Positions 25,515-34,782 of a stretch of DNA of 64,000 nucleotides are shown piece by piece. Below the pieces are notes generated by a model, which worked only from the letters and a program-made list of their open reading frames with translations, was not told the origin of the DNA and did no database searches. Position numbers and translations under genes: made by a program. Every line of letters starts with the position of its first letter. The first letter of the stretch is position 1. Source of the DNA: Dehalococcoidia bacterium (GTDB lineage: Bacteria > Chloroflexota > Dehalococcoidia > Lucifugimonadales > JAGWBF01); NCBI GenBank assembly GCA_965248975.1, contig CBDFKU010000015.1, positions 16,916-80,915 of the forward strand, written 5' to 3'.

Positions 25515-26450
25515 ATGGGCAAGAAACGATCGAAGGTCCCCCACGTGTATGCCGGGAATCCGCTGGACAGGGGTGACCGCCAGCGTCGCGATGAAAACTG
25601 GATCCGTGACACGGCCATGGACTCCACCAGCAGGTTCCTGCCGCTGCGGGAGCTCGACGTCCTCATAGCCGAGGGATCACAACCGAGTCTGGGCTGGCTG
25701 GCAGTCGGGGATCTGGAAAGGCTCGGGGTCGATGCCAACCCGATCTTTCTTGGACTGCTTGAAGAGACGGCCTATTTCGCCGTAGATGTGTCCAGCTACG
25801 ACAGCGCCGCCCGAGAGCTAGTCGAAGACGTGGACCGGAGGTTCGAGGATGCCCGCTCGGCTACGGAAGTGCTCAGCGCGTCTGATTCCGGGATCGTCGC
25901 GCAAGCGAGGGCACAGCTCAACTGGCATAACACCCACGGCTTTTGCTCGACGTGCGGGCACCAGACTGTGGTAGGACGCGGCGGACAGGTCCGGGTCTGC
26001 TCCAAATGCGGCAGGGAACATTTCCCGCGCACCGATCCCGTGATTATCACGGTAGTCTCCGATGGCGACCGTTGCCTGCTGGGCCAATCCCACGGCCGCC
26101 TCTCTCGCACCAACATGTACTCCGCCCTGGCTGGTTTCATGGACCAGGGTGAGTCCATCGAGGAGGCTGTTGCCCGGGAGGTCATGGAGGAAGCGGGGAT
26201 CAGGGTAGAGAACGTGAGGTACCACTCGTCCCAGCCCTGGCCCTTTCCGTCGTCCCTCATGATCGGGTGCCACGCGGACGCCGCGACCACGGATATCTCC
26301 ATCGACCCCGAGGAGATGGCGGACGTCCGCTGGTTCCATCGGGAAGAGGTCCTTCTGGCGCTGGAAGAAAAGAGCGCCAATCTCAAGGTCCCTGGGCGAA
26401 TCGCCATCGCCCACCACCTGATAAAGGCCTGGGCGACCGAAAGCACCTGA
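25515..26450 (+). CDS. nudC: NAD+ diphosphatase (NADH pyrophosphatase) NudC
   Basis: Zinc ribbon CSTCGHQ...CSKCGREHFPRTDP followed by the Nudix box GFMDQGESIEEAVAREVMEEAGI. ATG 25515 is chosen over the longer track ORF, which overlaps the divergent gene. Confidence 0.85.
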   Translation: MGKKRSKVPHVYAGNPLDRGDRQRRDENWIRDTAMDSTSRFLPLRELDVLIAEGSQPSLGWLAVGDLERLGVDANPIFLGLLEETAYFAVDVSSYDSAARELVEDVDRRFEDARSATEVLSASDSGIVAQARAQLNWHNTHGFCSTCGHQTVVGRGGQVRVCSKCGREHFPRTDPVIITVVSDGDRCLLGQSHGRLSRTNMYSALAGFMDQGESIEEAVAREVMEEAGIRVENVRYHSSQPWPFPSSLMIGCHADAATTDISIDPEEMADVRWFHREEVLLALEEKSANLKVPGRIAIAHHLIKAWATEST

Positions 26451-26496
26451 CGACGAAGGCTTGAGAACCAAATGTAGTTCGACAACGGGAGGAGTC

Positions 26497-26844
26497 ATGG
26501 GCATCTACCACCTGTACTCGGGTAACGACGGCCAATCGCACATCAAAGAGCTGGACCTGGCAGAGCATCCAGAGCTGACGTCGCCCCACGCCGTAACCAC
26601 GGCGACCTTCAGAGAGTGGCCGCCGGGCCACTTCATCGACTGGCATCCGGCACCCCGCCGCCAGTACATTGTATCCCTGAGCGGCCTGCTGGAGATCGAC
26701 CTGGGCGACGGCACTAAATGGCGGTTTGGGCCGGGCGACGCCCGTCTCATCGAAGACACGACTGGACAGGGCCACACCACCAGTGTCCCGGGTGATGAGC
26801 CCAACGTTCATATGATCATTCCGCTGGCGGACGGGTCTCCCTAG
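26497..26844 (+). CDS. small cupin-like protein of unknown function
   Basis: GGAGGAG SD then ATG 26497. 115 aa beta-rich sequence (WHPAPRRQYIVSLSGLLEIDLGDGT...GPGDARLIEDTTGQGH), cupin-like. Confidence 0.5.
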   Translation: MGIYHLYSGNDGQSHIKELDLAEHPELTSPHAVTTATFREWPPGHFIDWHPAPRRQYIVSLSGLLEIDLGDGTKWRFGPGDARLIEDTTGQGHTTSVPGDEPNVHMIIPLADGSP

Positions 26845-27085
26845 CGCAGGCTGAGGCGGCTACCCAGACGTCCAGACCCATGTCTCGACAGTAGCCGCTG
26901 TTGACATAGGTCCTGCAGCGCCCGTAGGATACTTGTGTCCACTCGACCAAGATTTGATAGTTGCCTCCACCCCATCTTAGCCTTCACCCTTGACGATAGA
27001 GAGTCAGAGTGAGGGTGATACGACGCACCAATTTAAGGTTGGCCGGATACTAGCCATCAGGCCCGGAGAAAAAAGGAACCTTTAA

Positions 27086-28435
27086 TTGTCCCTACAGTCT
27101 ACCCCAACCAGTAGGGGAGCCAGCACAGGTTTCCTCACAAACGGTCCCCTGAGGCCCTTTTCTTATCCGCAATTTCGCTTCCTCTGGGCAGCCTCCCTGG
27201 CCTCCATGATGCCGTTCCTCATAGGGATGGCCGCCCGGGGATGGCTTGTCCTGGATATGACCGACTCCCCCTTCCTGGTGACCGGCGTCCAGGGCATACT
27301 GATGCTGCCGATGGCGTTGCTAACCCCCTTCGGAGGGGTTATCGCCGACCGTCTCAACCGGAAGACAATATTGATTACAAGCGACGTGGCCACCCTGTTG
27401 ATCTTCGTGGTGCTTGCGCTGCTCCTATTCTTGGACGTCGTCCAGGTATGGCACGTCTACGTGCTCGCCTTCCTAAACGGCAGCACGTTCGCAATGTCGA
27501 TGCCGACCAGGGCCACCGTGGTCCACGACGTGCTAGGCCCGGTAGACGTAGCCAAGGGCGTGGGCATATACACCACCGTTTTTGCTATCGCCCAGCTCGC
27601 CGGTCCGGCCCTGGCTGGATACGTCATGGACCGAAACCCGGACCAGTTAGGCTGGCCTTTCCTGGTTGGGGCCGCGTTTCTGGTGCCGGCCATCGCCTTC
27701 CTTCTGCTGCTTCAAATTCCGGAAAGGCCAAATGCCCCGAAAGGAGCGCGCCGGCCATCTGTCGCTGCGAGCATCGTCGAGGGTCTGGCCTACGTCAAGG
27801 GCAGATCGCTTCTTGTGGGCCTGGTCCTCATGAGCGTGGTGCTGGCGGTTTTCGGGCTCCCATATCAGACCCTCTTGCCCGTGTTCGCCCGCGACATCCT
27901 CGATACGGGTCCCGCCGGATTGGGATTTCTGCTGGCGGCGACCGGAGCCGGGTCCATACTGGGGTCCCTTGCCATTGCGTTTTTCAGTAGCTCTAGGCAA
28001 CTGCAGACCCTTATCCTGAGCTCGGGCTTCCTCTTCGCCCCGACGGTGATTCTCTTCGCCTTCTCCCAGTATTTCCCGGCCTCTCTGGCGTTGGCCTTGT
28101 TCATGGGATGGCTACTACAGGTCTTCGGAGTCGGCTCTTTCGCCGTAGTCCAAGTGGGCACTGATTCCCGGATCCGTGGCCGGATCATCGGGATCATGAT
28201 GCTGGCCTGGGGATTCGGTCCGGCGGGGATGTTCCTGCTGGGATTCGGTGCGGAACTCCTGGACCCCAAGGTTGCCCTGCTGGTGATGGGTAGCGCGTCC
28301 TTCGTTTTGATGTCCGCTGTCGTATTGGCCGTCCCGGCATTGAGGCGGATGGCCGTGGAGCTGGGAGACCGCGGACCCAATCTGCTGGAAGAGGCCTTCT
28401 CGCCGGAACCGGCGGTCGGCGCCGAGGACAACTGA
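27086..28435 (+). CDS. MFS transporter
   Basis: 449 aa, ~12 TM. YPQFRFLWAASLASMM and GGVIADRLNRK loop motif. Same subfamily look as 12470-13765. Confidence 0.85.
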   Translation: MSLQSTPTSRGASTGFLTNGPLRPFSYPQFRFLWAASLASMMPFLIGMAARGWLVLDMTDSPFLVTGVQGILMLPMALLTPFGGVIADRLNRKTILITSDVATLLIFVVLALLLFLDVVQVWHVYVLAFLNGSTFAMSMPTRATVVHDVLGPVDVAKGVGIYTTVFAIAQLAGPALAGYVMDRNPDQLGWPFLVGAAFLVPAIAFLLLLQIPERPNAPKGARRPSVAASIVEGLAYVKGRSLLVGLVLMSVVLAVFGLPYQTLLPVFARDILDTGPAGLGFLLAATGAGSILGSLAIAFFSSSRQLQTLILSSGFLFAPTVILFAFSQYFPASLALALFMGWLLQVFGVGSFAVVQVGTDSRIRGRIIGIMMLAWGFGPAGMFLLGFGAELLDPKVALLVMGSASFVLMSAVVLAVPALRRMAVELGDRGPNLLEEAFSPEPAVGAEDN

Positions 28436-28467
28436 CGCCGGCGGACGTGATGCCCGTCCACCTCACT

Positions 28468-28663
28468 TAAACTAAAGCCAAAGTAGAATCTACATGGATG
28501 GCTGTGGCGAACTTTGCAGGATTTACCTTGGTGTTGGATTAGGATTCCCGTCACACCGGCTTTCGATGGTGTCCATCCCTAGCCGTGGATTCCGGCTTAC
28601 GCCGGAATGACGAGTTCCGAGATGCCCAGGCAACTCTGCGGGTTCACCTTGGCTAAAGTTTAG
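28468..28663 (-). repeat. two-hairpin repeat element, copy B (inverted relative to copy A at 319-510)
   Basis: The reverse complement aligns with copy A. The core ...GGAACTCGTCATTCCGGC(GTAA)GCCGGAATCC...GGTGTGACGGGAATCCTAATCCAAC...CCATCCATGTAGATTC...TTTGGCTTTAGTTTA is conserved. Confidence 0.8.
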
Positions 28664-28669
28664 AAGCGC

Positions 28670-28698
28670 TTGACGCCCCGGGCGGCCCCCACTACAAT
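28670..28698 (+). promoter_or_regulatory. sigma70-like promoter for the CoA-transferase/D-aminoacylase genes
   Basis: TTGACG (28670-28675), 17-nt spacer, TACAAT (28693-28698). It immediately abuts repeat copy B. Confidence 0.5.
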
Positions 28699-28774
28699 CG
28701 CGCTCATCAGACAAGGGATTCGTCCGCCTAATGAAGGCTGGCGCGAAGGCTAGCGCCGAAGAGGAGGGTCGCCG

Positions 28775-30052
28775 ATGATGCCGGGCTTACTGGACGGTAT
28801 CAAGGTGCTGGACTTCACCACCGCCTTTGTGGGACCCTTCTGCAGCCGGATCATGGCCGACATGGGGGCCGATGTCATAAAAGTGGAGCGTCCCATCACG
28901 GACCAGTCCAGCCGGCTGGACCGTCCCGACCAGTTCGCCCCGGAAGTAGTCAAGATCAGCGACGGCGTCTCCTACCTTCACCTCAACGGAGGGAAGAAGA
29001 GCTTGTGCGTCGACCTGAAGCACCCCCGTGGCCTGGAGATCGTCCGGTCCCTGGTCAAGCAGGTGGACGTTTTCGTGGAGAACTTCACTCCACACGTGGT
29101 CCGCAGCTACGGCCTGGACTACCCCAACCTACGCACCCTGAATCCCGGTATAATCATGTGCTCGATGACCGGCTACGGGCCCGAAGGCTTCAACGGCAAC
29201 CCCGAGCACGTCTGCACCGACCCAATCGCCCAGGCCATGAGCGGGCTCAACTGGATCACGGGAGAGCGAGGCGGTGATCCCTACACCATCGGCGGCGGCA
29301 TTGGGGATACCATCACCGGTATGAACGGGGCGATGGCAGTGGGTTACGCGCTGTTCTACCGTGAGCGGACGGGGTTGGGTCAGCACATAGACCTCTCCAT
29401 GATCGAGAGCCTCCTCTTCATGGATTCCACCGCCATGCCCTACGTGGGGGCCAACAACGGCGCCGCAATCCAGCACAGGAACGGGAAGCAGAACACCTAC
29501 ACGTTCCCCATGGGCATCCTGAAGGCCAAGGAGGGCTACATCGCCATCCAGGCCCCGGGACAGGGCCCCGGTAGCCCCTGGGTCAGGCTGTGCTCCCTCA
29601 TCGGCCGTCCCGACCTGATCGAGGACCCGGGCTACCTGACCGACGCCGACCGGCTCACCAGATCCGAAGAGGTGGTCGCCCTCATCGAGGGATGGCTTCA
29701 GACCACCTCAGACGACGAATCCGCACTGGCGGCCCTGGCCGATGCGCGGATCTCCTCCGGTCCCGTCCTTTCCCAACTCCAGATATTCCAGCATCCCCAC
29801 TTCAGGAGCCGAGGCGCCTTCCAAGTAATCGACTATCCGGAGCTGGGGCCCATCGAGGTCGTGGCTCCTCCCTACAAATGCACCGAGACCCAGGCAAAGA
29901 TCCGGGGGCCGGCTCCCCAGCCCGGCGAGCACAACCACGAGGTCCTGACCTCCTACCTCGGCTTCACCCCCGCTGAAATAGAAACCATGACCGACCAGGG
30001 AATCCTATACGAGTCCGAGGCGGCCCGGAAGCGCCGCCTGACCCATCGATGA
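28775..30052 (+). CDS. CaiB/BaiF family (class III) CoA-transferase
   Basis: 425 aa. LDGIKVLDFTTAFVGPFCSRIMADMGADVIKVERP is the family N-terminal signature. Confidence 0.88.
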   Translation: MMPGLLDGIKVLDFTTAFVGPFCSRIMADMGADVIKVERPITDQSSRLDRPDQFAPEVVKISDGVSYLHLNGGKKSLCVDLKHPRGLEIVRSLVKQVDVFVENFTPHVVRSYGLDYPNLRTLNPGIIMCSMTGYGPEGFNGNPEHVCTDPIAQAMSGLNWITGERGGDPYTIGGGIGDTITGMNGAMAVGYALFYRERTGLGQHIDLSMIESLLFMDSTAMPYVGANNGAAIQHRNGKQNTYTFPMGILKAKEGYIAIQAPGQGPGSPWVRLCSLIGRPDLIEDPGYLTDADRLTRSEEVVALIEGWLQTTSDDESALAALADARISSGPVLSQLQIFQHPHFRSRGAFQVIDYPELGPIEVVAPPYKCTETQAKIRGPAPQPGEHNHEVLTSYLGFTPAEIETMTDQGILYESEAARKRRLTHR

Positions 30053-30074
30053 ACGTGGACGAGGCTGACTAGAC

Positions 30075-31649
30075 ATGTTGGACCTGCTGATAGCCAACGG
30101 GATGGTCATCGACGGCAGCGGAAGCCCGGGCTTCCGGGCGGCGGTGCTGGTCGATGGCGAGACGATTACCATCCATCGCGGGGATGCTTCTGATTTGGAG
30201 GCGGCCCGGGTGATAGACGCCACGGGACACGTGGTCTGTCCCGGCTTCGTCGATCTCCACTCCCACGCGGGCTTGACCATACTAGGTGCCCCGCATCACG
30301 ATCCCAAGGTACGCCAGGGCGTCACCACGGAGCTTGTGGGCATCGACGGAATATCCCACGCTCCTTTCAAGAGCCGGGAAGAGTTAAATCGGTACATCTG
30401 GCTGGACTCCGGCCTCAACGGGTATCCTCCGATGCCGGCCGACTGGCTAACCGTCGCCGATCTGCTGAGCAAGTACGACAACAATGTGGCCGTCAACATG
30501 GCATATATCCTGGGTAACTCCCCTGTGCGCATCTGGGCCGTGGGCTGGAACGACCGGCCGGCCACGGGAGCCGAGCTGGAGGAGATGAAGTCGGTGATCC
30601 GGGAGGCGATGGAGGAAGGAGCGTGGGGGCTGTCCACCGGCCTGGACTATCCGCCGGGGAGCTACGCCGACACCGACGAGCTCGTGGCCCTTGCGGAGGA
30701 GTCGGCTCGAATTGGAGGTTTCTACCACACCCACACCCGGGCCGCACTCAAGTCACGAGGTCTGCTGGCTCCCTGGGAGGAGGCCGTGGAGATCGGCAGG
30801 CGAAGCGGCAGTCCCGTCCACCTCACCCATTACCGCCAGGGCGCCCAGGGCGTGGGCAGCCACCTGGACTACCTGGGGCTGGTGGAGGGGGCCAGAGAGG
30901 AAGGTCTGGACGTCACCTTCGACTGCTATACCTATCCCTACTCGGGCACGACCATCACTATCGGGTTCCCCGGATGGTCCAAGGACGGCGGCCCGGAGCG
31001 ACTGATGGCCGCCCTCAGGGACCCATCGGACCGGGCGCGGCTCAAGGTGGACATGGCAAGGGAGTGGGTGGAGAACCAGTGGTTGACCAACTTCACACGA
31101 CCGCAGAACGGCAACTACGACGGCAGGCTGCTGACTGACATCGCCGAGATGCGGGGCCAGGACCCGGAGGACGCCCTCTTCGACTTGCTGATCGAGGAGA
31201 ACCTGGGCATCTCCACGGTATCCCTGGGCACCAACCCCCATACTCTTCCGGCCTTCGTCTCCCACTCCTACGGGATGATCGCCAGCGACGCCATACTTTT
31301 CGGGGAGTACCCCAACCCGCGGTCCTACGGCTGCTTCCCCATCGTGCTGGCGGAGTTCGTCCGGGCGGAGAAGCATCTGAGACTGCCAGAGGCGATCCGC
31401 AAGATGACCTCCTTCCCCGCTCAGCGCCTGGGTCTGCCCGACCGGGGCCTGCTGAGGGACGGGTTCAAGGCGGACATCGTGGTGTTTAACCCGGACACGG
31501 TGAAAACCCACGCGACGAAGAACGACCCGAAGCACTATCCGGTGGGGATCGAATACGTGATCGTGAACGGCCGGGTGGTCATCGACCGGAAAGAGAATAC
31601 GGGCGCTTTACCCGGCCGCGCACTGCGGCGCGGCCGGGTAGCTACCTAG
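30075..31649 (+). CDS. N-acyl-D-amino-acid deacylase (D-aminoacylase) family amidohydrolase
   Basis: 524 aa. LLIANGMVIDGSG...VIDATGHVVCPGFVDLHSHA plus the characteristic C-terminal beta domain (ADIVVFNPDTV...VIVNG). Confidence 0.85.
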   Translation: MLDLLIANGMVIDGSGSPGFRAAVLVDGETITIHRGDASDLEAARVIDATGHVVCPGFVDLHSHAGLTILGAPHHDPKVRQGVTTELVGIDGISHAPFKSREELNRYIWLDSGLNGYPPMPADWLTVADLLSKYDNNVAVNMAYILGNSPVRIWAVGWNDRPATGAELEEMKSVIREAMEEGAWGLSTGLDYPPGSYADTDELVALAEESARIGGFYHTHTRAALKSRGLLAPWEEAVEIGRRSGSPVHLTHYRQGAQGVGSHLDYLGLVEGAREEGLDVTFDCYTYPYSGTTITIGFPGWSKDGGPERLMAALRDPSDRARLKVDMAREWVENQWLTNFTRPQNGNYDGRLLTDIAEMRGQDPEDALFDLLIEENLGISTVSLGTNPHTLPAFVSHSYGMIASDAILFGEYPNPRSYGCFPIVLAEFVRAEKHLRLPEAIRKMTSFPAQRLGLPDRGLLRDGFKADIVVFNPDTVKTHATKNDPKHYPVGIEYVIVNGRVVIDRKENTGALPGRALRRGRVAT

Positions 31650-31673
31650 CTGAACCCGGGAGCGGCTCCGGGT

Positions 31674-33068
31674 CTACATGGTGGGCTTGATGTTCTGGTT
31701 GAGCCGGAACAGGTTTGTAGGGTCGTACTTGTTCTTCAGCGCGACCAGCCTATCGTAACCGGCGCCGTAAGCCTCTTTCACCCGATCGTCGCCTTCCTCT
31801 TCCAGGGCATTGACATAGACGCCGCCCATAGAAAAGGGCTTCATGGCATCCCCGAACTCTCGGGCCCAACGGACGTTCTCTTCGTCCTTTGCCGGGTCGG
31901 TCCACATCGATATGGCCTCGAAGTCGTAGGTCGCCTCCCTGTGGGCAAAGGCTGTCTGATCTTTGGGGACCCGGATTGCCTCGCCGCCCATGTGGAAAAT
32001 AAGCACCGGGGAAAGAGGCGAAGGAACATCGGCGAACCTGCTGATCATGATGTCCATCGCCTCGTCTGGCAGGTCCGTCATGAAGTGCGACCTCAGGTAG
32101 TATCGCTGACCGGGGGCGGCCGCTTCGTCCAGGAGTGTCTGCATCACGGTATACGGCATGGGACTCAGGTGGTCTTCGATGGGCGGCCCGAACTCCCGCA
32201 GCGGCTTCACCACTTTCTCACCCTCTTCCATGGATCCACAATAGCACGCCAGGATGGCCACGCCCGGGTGACCCTCGGGAGAAGTCATCAGTACCGCAGC
32301 CGTCGTTAGCTCGTCAGGCGCCTTTGACGAAAACTCGCGGAAGAACTGCAAGACTTCTTTGGCTCGGTCGATGGGATGTATCACCATCCCGCCCAGCACT
32401 GGCCCGAGGGGGAATACCCGATATTCGAAGGAAGTGACAACACCGAAGTTCCCGCTGCCGCCGCGAAGTCCCCAGAAGAGGTCCGGGTTCTCGGTGGCGC
32501 TGGCAATCACCAGCCGTCCATCGGCCGTGACCACGTCGGCGGACACGAGGTTGTCGACGGTGAGGCCGTGCTTCCCCATGAGCCAGCCGAACCCACCGCC
32601 GAGGGTGAGGCCGGCGATGCCGGTGTCGGAGACTGTCCCTGCCACGGTGGCCAGACCGAAGGCCTGGGTCTCCCGGTCCAGGTCTCCCAGCCGGCAACCG
32701 CCCTCGGCTCGGGCCGTCATACGTACAGGATCCACCCGGACGCTCTTCATCAGCGACAGGTCGATAACGATGCCCCCATCGCAGGAGGACTTGCCGGGGA
32801 AGCTGTGGCCGCCGCCCCTCACCGCAACCAGCATTTTGCTTTCCCGGGCGAAGTTGACACAGGCAACGACATCACCTGCCCCGGCGCATCGGGCGATGAT
32901 GGCGGGCCGTTTGTCGATCATGCCGTTCCACAGCGGACGGGCTTCCTCGTAGCCCTCGTCTTCTACCATCAGCAACTGACCCCGCATGCCGGCCCTTAGC
33001 TTCTCGATGGCCCCATCTTCCACCACACCCTCGGTGCCTGATATGGTGGTAACCTGAACGTCGACCAT
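31674..33068 (-). CDS. FAD-linked oxidase (FAD_binding_4 + BBE-like C-terminus)
   Basis: 464 aa. VAVRGGGHSFPG, and a C-terminal YDRLVALKNKYDPTNLFRLNQNIKP typical of berberine-bridge-enzyme-like oxidases. Confidence 0.85.
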   Translation of the reverse strand: MVDVQVTTISGTEGVVEDGAIEKLRAGMRGQLLMVEDEGYEEARPLWNGMIDKRPAIIARCAGAGDVVACVNFARESKMLVAVRGGGHSFPGKSSCDGGIVIDLSLMKSVRVDPVRMTARAEGGCRLGDLDRETQAFGLATVAGTVSDTGIAGLTLGGGFGWLMGKHGLTVDNLVSADVVTADGRLVIASATENPDLFWGLRGGSGNFGVVTSFEYRVFPLGPVLGGMVIHPIDRAKEVLQFFREFSSKAPDELTTAAVLMTSPEGHPGVAILACYCGSMEEGEKVVKPLREFGPPIEDHLSPMPYTVMQTLLDEAAAPGQRYYLRSHFMTDLPDEAMDIMISRFADVPSPLSPVLIFHMGGEAIRVPKDQTAFAHREATYDFEAISMWTDPAKDEENVRWAREFGDAMKPFSMGGVYVNALEEEGDDRVKEAYGAGYDRLVALKNKYDPTNLFRLNQNIKPTM

Positions 33069-33330
33069 GACTAACCCTCCCTACGTTATTTTGTTTAATC
33101 CGCTTCAATTGGTTCGCATATTGGAGTATAGAACTCCGTAAGAGGTTCATCAAGGGGACATGGGATAGAGCCGCTAAGGGTGAACAATCCCGTCGCTGGA
33201 CGCGTCGCACGAGCTTGTACAGATACCGATCTGGGAATAGAATACGAATGTTGGGGCCGTCAGATTCCTTTCGGTCCAGAGTGATTTCCGTGGACATCGG
33301 CCGCACCAGGACAGGCTAGTACGGCGAAGC

Positions 33331-33361
33331 CCACCCGAAATCGGGTGGTGAATTTTTGTTT
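33331..33361 (+). terminator. terminator-like hairpin + U-run inside the leader of the tandem MFS genes (attenuator or sRNA 3' end)
   Basis: CCACCCG-AAAT-CGGGTGG (33331-33348) followed by TGAATTTTTGTTT. There is no plus-strand gene upstream for it to terminate. It lies 40 nt before ATG 33402. Confidence 0.4.
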
Positions 33362-33401
33362 ACGGCCTGAAGGATCTTCGGGCCACCATCGAGCCACATT
33401 T

Positions 33402-34772
33402 ATGGAACGCCGCATATTATTGTCGGGGTTACTCCAGGCGACCAGCGTGGGACGCCGCGTCAACGGCGTCTACTACGGCTGGTGGCTGGTCGGCGTCTCC
33501 GGCGCGATCATGTCACTATCGGTCGTGCCCCTCTTCTACGGCATGACGGCCTGGCTACCCGTGTTCGAAAGGACTTTTGGTTGGAGCAGGGGCCAGCTAT
33601 CCCTGGGATTCGCCTTCGCCCGGGTAAATGGCTCTGTGGTGGGGCCGCTGACCGGCTACCTCACCGACCGGCTGGGCCCCAAACGGATGGTGCTGGTAGG
33701 GATGCTCATCCTGGGGTCCGGCCTGGTAATGCTGAGCCAGATACAGAACCTGTGGCAGTTTTACCTGGCGTTCATCGTGGCCAGTGCAGGGGCCAGCCTG
33801 GGCTCCTGGCTGCCCATGATGACAGTGCTCAACAACTGGTTCCTGAAGAAGCGCGCCATGGCCATGTCAGGGGCCCTGGCAATATCGTCCTTGGCGGCCA
33901 TCCTGCTTGTGCCGGTGCTGGCCTGGGCCATATCGCCCGACAACTTCGGCCCCGACCGTTGGAGAACCGTGGCCATGGGGATCGGAATAGCCGTCATTGT
34001 CCTGGCCTTCCCCCTGTCGAGGCTGGTGCGCCGCCGCCCAGAGGACTACGGCTTCCGTCCCGACGGCGACCCTCGCGGTCCCGAGCTCATCTCCGCTCCC
34101 GCGGAGGTCGGCTCGTCTGCGCCCGACGAAGTGGGACTGACCCTGCGCCAGATCTTCAGGACCCGAGCCTTCTGGATGATCAGCGTGGGGGACGCCTGCA
34201 CTACCTCGGTCATGGTGTCGGTCACCGTCCATCTGGGTCCTTTGCTCAACGTAGACCGGGGACTATCCCTGGAAACCGTGGGGCTGGTGGTGTCCGCGTA
34301 TATGATCGTCGCTACCATATTTCAGCTGGTCGGGGGGTACATGGGTGATCGGATGTCCATGCCGGTGCTCCTGTTCGCCTTTTCCAGCATACAGTCGGCC
34401 GCCGTGGTGGTCCTGCTGCGAACCGAAGACCTGGCCATGGCCTTCGTCTTCGCCGTGCTTATGGGTGTGGGTTTCGGCGCCCGCGCTCCTTTATCCATGG
34501 CCATCAGAGGGGCCTACTTCGGGCGCCGAAACTTCGGCCGGTTGATCGGCATGTCCCAGATACCGATGAACGTCCTCAACCTCGCCATGCCCCTCTTCGC
34601 CGGCTACATGTTCGACGCCCGGCAAAGCTACAACATTCCCTTTGGGGTGCTAGCCGGAGTGGGCATGGTAGGAGCCTTCCTGTTCCTCATGCTGGGCAAG
34701 ACCAGGCCCGCGACATCCGGCAGGCCTGATCCGGCCCCTTCATGGACCGGGCCGGATAGGTACTCACGTTGA
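33402..34772 (+). CDS. MFS transporter (oxalate/formate-antiporter-like subfamily look), tandem paralog 1
   Basis: GVYYGWWLVGVSGAIMSL...WSRGQLSLGFAF...GYLTDRLGPKRMV. Start is taken at the ATG giving MERRILLSG. The track start 33345 is further upstream. Confidence 0.8.
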   Translation: MERRILLSGLLQATSVGRRVNGVYYGWWLVGVSGAIMSLSVVPLFYGMTAWLPVFERTFGWSRGQLSLGFAFARVNGSVVGPLTGYLTDRLGPKRMVLVGMLILGSGLVMLSQIQNLWQFYLAFIVASAGASLGSWLPMMTVLNNWFLKKRAMAMSGALAISSLAAILLVPVLAWAISPDNFGPDRWRTVAMGIGIAVIVLAFPLSRLVRRRPEDYGFRPDGDPRGPELISAPAEVGSSAPDEVGLTLRQIFRTRAFWMISVGDACTTSVMVSVTVHLGPLLNVDRGLSLETVGLVVSAYMIVATIFQLVGGYMGDRMSMPVLLFAFSSIQSAAVVVLLRTEDLAMAFVFAVLMGVGFGARAPLSMAIRGAYFGRRNFGRLIGMSQIPMNVLNLAMPLFAGYMFDARQSYNIPFGVLAGVGMVGAFLFLMLGKTRPATSGRPDPAPSWTGPDRYSR

Positions 34773-34782
34773 GTAAGCCACG

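Noticed and set aside
28523-28714. 63-aa minus-strand ORF over repeat copy B
   Set aside because: Same reasoning as for 239-451. It is a chance frame across the repeat and is not homologous at the protein level to the ORF on copy A.
33240-33330. Weak resemblance of the MFS leader to guanidine riboswitch motifs (GGTCCAGAG; CAGGACA…ACGGCG)
   Set aside because: Only short strings match. The conserved partner segments (for example CUAGGGUUCCG for ykkC, or the complementary CGCCGU strand for the guanidine-III pseudoknot) are absent. This is not supportable without a covariance-model hit.
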